A stretch of 64,000 nt of DNA from Tubulanus polymorphus (taxonomy: Eukaryota > Animalia > Nemertea): the NCBI RefSeq assembly GCF_964204645.1, contig NC_134025.1, forward strand, positions 18,327,101 to 18,391,100, written 5' to 3'. The position numbers and the translations under genes were made by a program. Within the stretch, counting starts at the first letter, position 1; each line of letters starts with the position of its first letter. Below are positions 25,101 to 35,081 of this stretch, in pieces. The notes below the pieces were generated by a model, which was not told the origin of the DNA, searched no databases, and worked only from the letters and a program-made list of their open reading frames with translations.

Positions 25101-27170
25101 TTGACAGTTGATATGATAAATTGTTTGACCGTTGAAATGATAAATGGTTTGACAGTTGAAATGATAAATTGTTTGACAGTTTTAATGATAAATTGTTCGA
25201 ATGTTGAAATGATAAATTGTTTGACAGTTGAAATGATAAATGGTTTGACAGTTGAAATGATAAATTGTTTGACAGTTGAAATGATAAATTGTTTGACAGT
25301 TGAAATTATATATTGTTCGTCTGTTGAAATGATAAATTGTTCGGCAGTTGAAATGATAAATTGTTTGACAGTTGAAATGATAAATTGTTTGACAGTTGAA
25401 ATGATAAATTGTTCGACTGTTGAAATGATAAATTGTTTGACAGTTGAAATGATAAATTGTTTGACAGTTGATATGATAAATTGTTTGACCGTTGAAATGA
25501 TAAATGGTTTGACAGTTGAAATGATAAATTGTTTGACAGTTTTAATGATAAATTGTTCGAATGTTGAAATGATAAATTGTTTGACAGTTGAAATGATAAA
25601 TGGTTTGACAGTTGAAATGATAAATTGTTTGACAGTTGAAATGATAAATTGTTTGACAGTTGAAATGATAAATTGTTTGACAGTTTAAATGATAAATTGT
25701 TTGACAGTTGAAATGATAAATTGTTCGACTGTTGAAATGATAAATTGTTTGACAGTTGAAATGATAAATTGTTTGACAGTTGAAATGATAAATTGTTTGA
25801 CCGTTGAAATGATAAATGGTTTGACAGTTGAAATGATAAATTGTTTTGACAGTTTTAATGATAAATTGTTCGACTATTGAAATGATAAATTGTTTGACAG
25901 TTGAAATGATAAATGGTTTGACAGTTGAAATGATAAAATGTTTGACAGTTGAAATGATAAATTGTTTAACAGTTGAAATGATAAATTGTTTGACAGTTGA
26001 AATGATAAATTGTTTGACAGTTGAAATGATAAATTGTTTGACAGTTGAAATGATAAATGGTTTGACAGTTGAAATGATAAAATGTTTGACAGTTGAAATG
26101 ATAAATTGTTTAACAGTTGAAATGATAAATTGTTTGACAGTTGAAATGATAAATTGTTTGACAGTTGAAATGATAAATTGTTTGACAGTTGAAATGATAA
26201 ATAGTTTGACAATTGAAATGATAAATTGTTTAACAGTTGAAATGATAAATTGTTTGAAAGCTGAAATGATAAATTGTTCGACATTTGAAATGATAAATTG
26301 TTTGACATTTGAAATGATAAATTGTTTGACAGTTGAAATGATAAATTGTTTGACAGTTGAAATGATAAATTGTTTGACAGTTGAAATGATAAATTGTTTG
26401 ACAGTTGAAATGATAAATTGTTTGGCAGTTGAAATGATAAATTGTTTGACAGTTGAAATGATAAATTGTTTAACAGTTGAAATGATAAATTGTTTGACAG
26501 TTGAAATGATAAATTGTTTGACAGTTGAAATGATAAATTGTTTGACAGTTGAAATGATAAATAGTTTGACAATTGAAATGATAAATTGTTTAACAGTTGA
26601 AATGATAAATTGTTTGAAAGCTGAAATGATAAATTGTTCGACATTTGAAATGATAAATTGTTTGACATTTGAAATGATAAATTGTTTGACAGTTGAAATG
26701 ATAAATTGTTTGACAGTTGAAATGATAAATTGTTTGACAGTTGAAATGATAAATTGTTCGACTGTTGTAATGATAAGACAGTTGAAATGATAAATTGTTT
26801 GACAGTTGAAATGATAAATTGTTTGACAGTTGAAATGATAAATTGTTCGACTGCTGAAATGATAAATTGTTCGGCAGTTGAAATGATAAATTGTTTGACA
26901 GTTGAAATTATAAATTGTTCGACTGTGGAAATGATAAATTGTGTGACAGTTGAAATGATAAATTGTTTGACAGTTGAAATGATAAATTGTTCGACTGTTG
27001 AAATGATTTGACAGTTGAAATGATAAAATGTTTGACAGTTGTAATGATAAATTGTTCGACTGTTGAAATGATGAGACAGTTGAAATAATAAAATGTTTGA
27101 CAGTTGAAATGATAAATTGTTTGACAGTTGAAATGATAAATTGTTTGACAGTTGAAATGATAAATTGTTT
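22150..27170 (+). repeat. 24-bp tandem array (ACAGTTGAAATGATAAATTGTTTG)n, ~210 units
   Basis: Direct reading; variant units recur in duplicated higher-order blocks such as a 360-bp period at 23025/23385. Confidence 0.97.
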
Positions 27171-27294
27171 AGCTGTAAATTTAATTGTTATTTGATTTAA
27201 TCATTTAAAAGTTTAATATTTTAAAAATGATTTTAAAATATTTAAATAAAAACAAGCAAATGTTTATTAATTTTCTAATTTCTTTCTTAAATAA

Positions 27295-27513
27295 ATGGAT
27301 GGTTTCATTCCAACTGGGAAAAGTGATTTAAAACATTATTTAGTTGCTGGAGGTTTAATTTTAGCTGCGCTTTACTTTTATTATGAAAATATTTCAAAAG
27401 ATTTAATAAATGAAAATAATAAATTAAGCAAGAAATTAAAGAAGTTAAATACTAAAAATAGAAATAATTATAAAAACGGTAATAATCACAAGAAAATTGT
27501 TGAATCAGATTAA
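27295..27513 (+). CDS. 72-aa single-TM hypothetical protein (left arm)
   Basis: TAAATG start; hydrophobic LVAGGLILAALYFYY; open in both arms. Confidence 0.65.
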   Translation: MDGFIPTGKSDLKHYLVAGGLILAALYFYYENISKDLINENNKLSKKLKKLNTKNRNNYKNGNNHKKIVESD

Positions 27514-27550
27514 ATAGTGAATTAATCTATTAAAATCTTTTTCTAATTAA

Positions 27551-27833
27551 ATGAGTGCAAAATATATTAAATTTGTTAAATCTTATTTACAGAAATCAAG
27601 AGAAAATGGAATTAATTATGATGATTTCAGGGTTACTTTAATTTTCAGTTTATAGTTTGAAACAATTGTTTCATTTTTATGATGATTGTAAAATAAAATA
27701 TATTGAATTGAAAAATAATATCAATTACATTTCAGATAGAATGAATAATATTAAAAGATGCGAAATTTGTAGTAAAAAACAGAAGACGGAAAAAGGATTT
27801 AGAAATCATAAAATTAGGTATAAATTGGAATGA
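27551..27833 (+). pseudogene. Small TM/zinc-finger protein, left-arm copy frameshifted near the start
   Basis: TAAATG start; C-terminal CEICSKK.KTEKGFRNHK; mirror of 28279-28524. Confidence 0.5.
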
Positions 27834-28278
27834 TTAAATAACAAATTAAAGTAAAGAATTAAAAAAAAATCTCATTTATTGTGTAAAATTGACTAAAATT
27901 GAACTAAAATAGACAACTTTTTTAATCTAATGAAAGTTTAGTTATATTTTAGTTGAATTGTAATTAAAGTTAGTTGCAACTAACTTCAACTAGAATTGAA
28001 TAAAAAATTAAAAAGATTAACAAGACAGTTGATTTAGTGTATTTTTAGTCAATTCTAGTTAAATTCTAGTTGAAGTTAGTTGCAACTAACTTTAATTACA
28101 ATTCAACTAAAATATAACTAAAATTTCATTAGATTAACAAAGTTGTCTATTTTAGTTCAATTTTAGTCGTAGTTCAAAGTATTTCAATTTTACACAATAA
28201 ATGAGATTTTTTTTAAATTCTTTACTTTAATTTGTTATTTAATCATTCCAATTTATGCCCAATTTTATGATTTCTAAA

Positions 28279-28524
28279 TCATTTTTCCGTCTTGTATTTT
28301 TTACTACAAATTTCGCATCTTTTAATATTATTCATTCTATCTGAAATGTAATTGATATTATTTTTCAATTCAATATATTTTATTTTACAATCATCATAAA
28401 AATGAAACAATTGTTTCAAACTATAAACTGAAAATGAAAGTAACCCTGAAATCATCATAATTAATTTCATTTTCTCTTGATTTCTGTAAATAAGATTTAA
28501 CAAATTTAATATATTTTCACTCAT
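28279..28524 (-). CDS. Small TM/zinc-finger protein, right-arm copy (early stop)
   Basis: TAAATG start; mirror of 27551-27833. Confidence 0.55.
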   Translation of the reverse strand: MSENILNLLNLIYRNQEKMKLIMMISGLLSFSVYSLKQLFHFYDDCKIKYIELKNNINYISDRMNNIKRCEICSKKYKTEK

Positions 28525-28561
28525 TTAATAAGAAAAAGATTTTAATAGATTAATTCACTAT

Positions 28562-28780
28562 TTAATCTGATTCAACAACTTTCTTGTGATTATTACCGTT
28601 TTTATAATTATTTCCATTTTTAGTATTTAACTTCTTTAATTTCTTGCTTAATTTATTATTTTCATTTATTAAATCTTTTGAAATATTTTCATAATAAAAG
28701 TAAAGCGCAGCTAAAATTAAACCTCCAGCAACTAAATAATGTTTTAAATCACTTTTCCCAGTTGGAATGAAACCATCCAT
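28562..28780 (-). CDS. 72-aa single-TM hypothetical protein (right arm)
   Basis: Mirror of 27295-27513 with two amino-acid differences. Confidence 0.65.
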   Translation of the reverse strand: MDGFIPTGKSDLKHYLVAGGLILAALYFYYENISKDLINENNKLSKKLKKLNTKNGNNYKNGNNHKKVVESD

Positions 28781-28899
28781 TTATTTAAGAAAGAAATTAG
28801 AAAATTAATAAACATTTGCTTGTTTTTATTTAAATATTTTAAAATCATTTTTAAAATATTAAACTTTTAAATGATTAAATCAAATAACAATTAAATTTA

Positions 28900-30068
28900 C
28901 AGCTAAACAATTTATCATTTCAACTGTCAAACAATTTATCATTTCAACTGTCAAACAATTTATCATTTCAACTGTCAAACAATTTATTATTTCAACTGTC
29001 TTATCATTTCAACAGTCGAACAATTTATCATTACAACTGTCAAACATTTTATCATTTCAACTGTCAAATCATTTCAACAGTCGAACAATTTATCATTTCA
29101 ACTGTCAAACAATTTATCATTTCAACTGTCACACAATTTATCATTTCCACAGTCGAACAATTTATAATTTCAACTGTCAAACAATTTATCATTTCAACTG
29201 TCAAACAATTTATCATTTCAACTGCCGAACAATTTATCATTTCAGCAGTCGAACAATTTATCATTTCAACTGTCAAACAATTTATCATTTCAACTGTCAA
29301 AGAATTTATCATTTCAACTGTCAAACAATTTATCATTTCAACTGTCTTATCATTTCAACAGTCGAACAATTTATCATTTCAACTGTCAAACAATTTATCA
29401 TTTCAACTGTCAAACAATTTATCATTTCAACTGTCAAACAATTTATCATTTCAACTGTCAAACAATTTATCATTTCAACTGTCAAATCATTTCAACAGTC
29501 GAACAATTTATCATTTCAACTGTCGAACAATTTATCATTTCAGCTTTCAAACAATTTATCATTTCAACTGTTAAACAATTTATTATTTCAACTGTCAAAT
29601 CATTTCAACAGTCGAACAATTTATCATTTCAACTGTCAAACAATTTATCATTTCAACAGTAGAACAATTTATCATTTCAACTGTCAAACAATTTATCATT
29701 TCAACTGTCAAACAATTTATCATTTCAACTGTTAAACAATTTATCATTTCAACTGTCAAACAATTTATCATTTCAACTGTCAAACCATTTATCATTTCAA
29801 CTGTCAAACAATTTATCATTTCAACATTCGAACAATTTATCATTAAAACTGTCAAACAATTTATCATTTCAACTGTCAAACCATTTATCATTTCAACGGT
29901 CAAACAATTTATCATTTCAACTGTCAAACAATTTATCATTTCAACTGTCAAACAATTTATCATTTCAACAGTCGAACAATTTATCATTTCAACTGTCAAA
30001 CAGTTTATCATTTCAACTGTCAAACAATTTATCATTTTAACAGCCAAACAATTTATCATTTCAACAGT
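28900..30068 (-). repeat. 24-bp tandem array, right-arm copy, ~49 units
   Basis: Reverse complement of the left array with the same end variants. Confidence 0.97.
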
Positions 30069-30142
30069 CTATTAGATATTTAGATCATTTAACTAAATTC
30101 AATAATTATTTGACTATTTAATTTATTTTCAATGTAGAATTG

Positions 30143-30799
30143 TTACTCTTTACACCAGTTTTTATGTTTAATTGTTTGGTAATGCTTTGATTTATGTGAT
30201 TTTGAATATTTACCTCCGCAATAACAATGAATTTTTTCATTAGGATTAAATCTTTTGAATTCATTTTCTAAATCACATTGAATTGCGATATGTTTAAAAG
30301 ATTTATTATTTTCTAAATCACACTGAATTGCAATATCTTTAAAAGAATTATTGTTTTCTAAATCACATTGAATTTCAATATTTGATGTATTTTCATTATA
30401 AATAATTTGTTTATTATCAAAATTACAATAATATAATTGTCGTTTTTCAATTCTTAAGTCTATCCTATCATTACCTTTTGAAAGTATTATATCACTTTCT
30501 CTTTCATTAAAAGGAAATTTAAGAATATTTATTATGTTTTCATCTAAATTACCTTTATAATTTAAAACTGTATTAAATATTTTAGGATTTTTGGCGCCAT
30601 TATCTAAAGTATCTATTAGTTCAGTAATTAAATATGTTTCATTTAATAATATTTGATTAATTATAGTAATATTATCAATTTTATATTGTCTTCCATATAC
30701 TAAATTTGTTGCTGAAATATAATTTCTAATGTTAAACTGTGAAAATGATTTATTGGTTTCATTGATTTCGATTTTGAAGTTGGGTTCTTCTTTCTTCAT
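30143..30799 (-). CDS. Hypothetical protein with 3x IQCDLEN repeat and C-terminal CxCG..H..T.KH zinc finger
   Basis: Open right-arm copy; the finger resembles those at the N-terminus of P1/P2 PolB. Confidence 0.7.
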   Translation of the reverse strand: MKKEEPNFKIEINETNKSFSQFNIRNYISATNLVYGRQYKIDNITIINQILLNETYLITELIDTLDNGAKNPKIFNTVLNYKGNLDENIINILKFPFNERESDIILSKGNDRIDLRIEKRQLYYCNFDNKQIIYNENTSNIEIQCDLENNNSFKDIAIQCDLENNKSFKHIAIQCDLENEFKRFNPNEKIHCYCGGKYSKSHKSKHYQTIKHKNWCKE

Positions 30800-33560
30800 T
30801 TTTATAACAAAATTATTACTCACACTTTACTCACACTTTCAATATTGAAAATCTCAATTATTTTACTCACACGTTACTCACACTTTTAATATTGAAAATC
30901 TCAATTATTTTACTCACACTTTACTCACACTTTTAATATTGAACAATTTTATCATTTTACTCACACTTTACTCACACTTTTAATATTGAAAATCTAAATT
31001 ATTTTACTCACACTTTACTCACACTTTTAATATTGAACAATTTTATCATTTTATTAGCGCTTTTATATTAAAAAGTGTGTTTATTTTTGGAAAAAAGCAA
31101 AAAAAAAAAAAATTTAATTTTTCTAAACTTATTTTTATTTCTTAATTCGCTGATACTTTCTCTCCATATTTAGTTTTTATCTTTTCTAATTTCAATATCT
31201 TATGTTCAATTTCTTTTGTAACATCAACTAACTTTTTTATTTCAAATTGTTTTTTTCAAATGGTTTAATTCTGTTATTTATTGTTGCTAAGAATGCTTTT
31301 CTATCTCCCATTTATTTGGAAAAAAAATTACTTGTGGTGATGAGTGGTCGACCTTCGACCTCTGATCTGAAAGCCTACTTTCCCAATTACTACTGAGATT
31401 ACGTCTCGTTTCGCCGATGTACATCATATTACAGTCTTTACACGGTATCTTATAGACCCCGGACTCAATTAGCTCACTGTTGGGTTTATTTTTGGTTAAA
31501 ACATTAGTGAGTTTGTTATTATACTGAAAGACTAATCTAGTGTCGATGGTGCTTAATGTGGATTTAAAGCGTCCAACGTAGGTAAATACGGGATTATAAT
31601 ATTTTTTTGAGCTCTGCGCTTTGTGGTCAGGTCGTTACGTCCAAAGTGAGAAATTCGGGCTTTGAAATAAGCTTTGTTCAAAATTTTGTCTGGATAGGCT
31701 AGTTTCTTGAGAGCAGTTCTTATATGTTTGATTTCTTTATCTAAAAACGTTTCATCACAAATAAGTAGAGCTCGAAGAAATAATCCTTGGGCTATTCCAA
31801 TTTTGATGTTCAAAGGAGTAAATGAGAAAAAATGAAGATAAGCTTCAGCGTTAGTCGGTTTTCGATATACAGAGAATTTCAAATTTGTTTTAAAATAATG
31901 ATGCAATTATTTTCTTCCCACTCACAAGTGAAATTCAAAGTAGGATATAAAGAGTTTAAATAATGTAAGAATCCATTCACATTAAAATCGGGGGAAACTA
32001 AACAAAGAATATTGATACACCGGTCACAATCCTCTCTTTAATCGTTATCTATAAAATACTTGAGTAAGGTCCTGGCGAGAGAACGTGTCCGTGCACAAAT
32101 CCGAATGAATGAATTGAAATACCGGATGATAATATTGAAGATAATATATTTTATTTACCTTGAACAAAGAATGATTTTCCTAATCCCTATTGTATATGAA
32201 TCCCTATCGTTCCGAAGCTTCTCCTGTCCTGCTGTCGACACTCGTCTTACTAAGGTACAGATTCTCTCCTCTCTCTCGATAGCGGCCCCCTTTCGTAGAA
32301 AGAACCGGCATTCTCAGAATTCCGATTCTCCCACGCAGGGTCTTCCGCTTTTTGGCAAGGAGCAGCTACCCAACTGTCATGACCGTTTTTAGTTACGGAA
32401 AATTTAGCCCTACTGATTTGCTGATCTAAGGGTTTTTTAGAAACTGATTTGCCGATATAAACTTTTTCTTCCAACCCTCCTGTCATGACGCGTTGTCATT
32501 TACTCACTCCTTGCTAGTCGTTGTTGAGAGAGCAGCTATTGTCTGTGAATTACCAACGAGCGCATACAGACAACAGAAACTTCAGACAGCTAGTTTTAAC
32601 ATTTAACACAAATTAATTTTTCTAAAACATTAGCGATTATTAACAATTTGTTCTTAAACAACATCTAGATTACTCAAATTAAATATCTTTTCAAAACTTT
32701 GTTTTCTTTTCTAATTACAGTACAAATTCATTGTTTCTTTTTTAATTATTATAATTAACTACGATTCGGAATACATTGTGATTGATTATCAATTCTTAAA
32801 TTATTTGAAATACTTATACTAATTATTTCATCTACAATTTAACTAATTCTATTTTAATACAGGATAAGCAAAACAACCACATCTTCCTAAACTTCCGGTT
32901 TTTCCTTTTACGGAAAGTAGCCGGGAATATCATCAAGTATCAGCGTGATCCCTTCACGAGCCTCATTATAAATACACTCCATTGTTCCGACCCAACCAAA
33001 TATGGTTCCAACTATTTAAAAGTTTTATATAAAGATTTTCTGAATGTTTGCCAGATCTCACAGCAGAAAAACCGAGAAAGAATTGTTGTTTATAGACTGA
33101 TTTATGGTTTGCGTTGGTAGATGAAAGCATCAAACAAGAACTTTCGTAATTCTTACTACTAGTACGTTCTTGTCTGACGGCTTTAACGTAACCCCCACGC
33201 ATACGGAAACAACATTAAGAACATTTCTAAATACTACGAAACATTTTCAAATACTACGAAAATCTAGCTGTGGATCAATATCATCCACGTAACGTCGCCA
33301 AATTTTGGGTCTACTTGTTCGACTGTTGAAATGATTTGACAGTTGAAATGATAAATTGTTTGACAGTTGAGAATTTCACTTTCGACATGTTCCAAAAATA
33401 AACCGGCAAGAACATTCGACAACTAACTCGCCTATTTATACTACTTAACAGTGGGGAATCCCCAGCTGCGTGTTGAGACGTGTAAATTATAAGGCTTGTG
33501 ATTGGTTAGTGTAGTTTTCTAGAACCATCTAGAATCAACAGTAATGGGGAATACTCAACG

Positions 33561-33799
33561 TGTCGGGGATTTGTGTAAGGGTTAATTACAGCTAGGGGGT
33601 TAACGTTCTGTTTGGCTGGTCAGTGTACAGGTGGATGCACGCTGGCTATTGGTCAGTCGTGACAATTGGGTCAGGGGCTTAGTCAGTCTTTATATCAATG
33701 TATTATAGAGTATAAGTTTAGTTGGCAAATAAAGTGTGTGGAGATCACACAGACATTTATATTGAATCACGTCTTGACTTCTCACAGATCGTACCCACA
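33561..33799 (+). repeat. BEL 5' LTR
   Basis: TGTCGGGG..CCCACA; matches 60878-61115. Confidence 0.95.
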
Positions 33800-33928
33800 T
33801 GCTTTTTGGTCCCTCGGAGCGCGGAGATGTGAGTCCATACTCAAAACCTGGATTTATGACTTTATACTTTAACTTAATGTTCATACGCAAGACATGGATA
33901 TAAGGTGTTTTATCGTATTTCGTCGAGA

Positions 33929-34965
33929 TGTCTGAAAAGAGGTTAACAAGACGACGTGGAGGCCATTATGCGGCCGCAGGTAAACTAATTAAAGAGGCAG
34001 ATGCGATTATTGTGACTCAAACCGTTCAAAGACCGGATTTATTGCGTTTAGAAAGAATTTTTCGAGTTTAAATGATCAATTGGATTATATCGCAGTATTG
34101 GACTTGGAGATTTTGGACGCTATCGACGATGATGCGGCATATGAAACCAGTTTTTCAACGTATTCAGACGAACTACTTAAACTTCGAGACAAGCACCTTA
34201 CTTACGGTCAATATGTTTCTGAAAAAACTGCGAAACCGGTGCCACCTACTCCTGGTGATAAATCAAAAGTGCGATTACCTCACTTGTCTTTACCCAAATT
34301 CAGTGGGAAAATTCTAGAATGGGAACAGTTCTGGGACGGTTTTAAGGCTGCGGTGCATGATATTTCGGAAACTCTTATACCTGGGGTGCAGAAATTTCAG
34401 CATTTGCGTAATCAATTGGAAGGTGATGCTAAGAACTGTATTGCGGGTTTATCGTTAACCGCCGCTAATTACACTGCGGCGATAGTACTGTTAAAAGATC
34501 GTTATGGTCAAATTCATAAGATCGTATCTGCTCATCTGAAAGAATTAGTGGACTTACAAGCTCCTGCTGATTCACCATCGAGTTTCCGGACATTTCGTGA
34601 CTCTATAGAGTCTCATATAAGGTCGTTAGACGCGCTTGGTAAAAGTTCTGATTCTTATGGCGATATGTTATCATCTGTAATTCTGCATAAGTTACCGAGA
34701 TCCGAGAGTTAGAAGAAATTTAATTCGTTCTCGCGGAAATAAAGAGTTATCGTTACAGCAATTGCGTGATTTTATGTCGGAGGAACTGGAAATTATGAAT
34801 GCGGGATTAGATTACACTGTAGATGACTCTAGTGAACTTACGGATATTTCTAGTTTACCGGTTTTCGACAATAATCAACAAAACAGCAGTAATAAGTCTA
34901 CGAAGAATCTCAAATGTGGATTATGCGATAAACAACATAAAGTTACCGACTGTAATCTAAACGGG
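33929..34965 (+). pseudogene. gag: BEL gag, 5' part
   Basis: VRLPHLSLPKFSG..WEQFWDGF..QKFQHL..LEGDA..NY..A..LLKDRYG; CGLC..H..C knuckle just before the P2 insertion. Confidence 0.9.
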
Positions 34966-35081
34966 AGTAATTAGAATATGTGGGTTTCATACCAGAGGAC
35001 GAGAGGACGAGACACCACTCATCACCACAAGTAATTTTTTTTTTCCTACTCATCACCACAATTAATTTTTTTTCCTAATAA

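Larger units (their letters stand above)
20861..31391. mobile_element. 10.5-kb palindromic non-autonomous Polinton-related element
   Basis: AGTAAT..ATTACT termini; 6-bp TSD ACTGAG (20855-20860 / 31392-31397); arms 20861-~27997 and ~28062-31391 are inverted copies differing mainly in satellite length; no polymerase, integrase or capsid gene. Confidence 0.92.
20269..33428 (-). mobile_element. Penelope-like element (RT C-terminus plus GIY-YIG), internally deleted, inserted in the P1 right TIR
   Basis: RT thumb FSVYRKPT..YLHFFS..LRALLIC (31553-31906). GVYKIPCKDC..YIGETRRNLS (31398-31470) continues in frame as QRIKEHK..SGIANH..VESALI (20680-20854). CGCCTATTTA is duplicated at 20259-20268 and 33429-33438. 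Whether 32200-33428 belongs to the element is uncertain. Confidence 0.8.

Noticed and set aside
22150-27170. CRISPR-like array
   Set aside because: Units abut with no unique spacers; no cas genes; eukaryotic context.
28032-28040. ATTTAGTGT match to the vaccinia concatemer-resolution sequence
   Set aside because: Only 9 bp in AT-rich DNA, and the required A-run does not follow.
22355-30059. Long VEMINCLT / SNNLSFQL repeat ORFs
   Set aside because: Translations of a 24-bp satellite that lacks stops in some frames; frames break at random and there is no unique sequence.
20861-31391. Palindrome as a pure sequencing artefact
   Set aside because: The arms have distinct substitutions and array lengths, and a TSD with a rejoinable target flanks it; read confirmation is still advisable.
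32060-33202. ORFs at 32060-32392, 32250-32486 and 32966-33202
   Set aside because: No motifs; region of uncertain origin within the Penelope interval.
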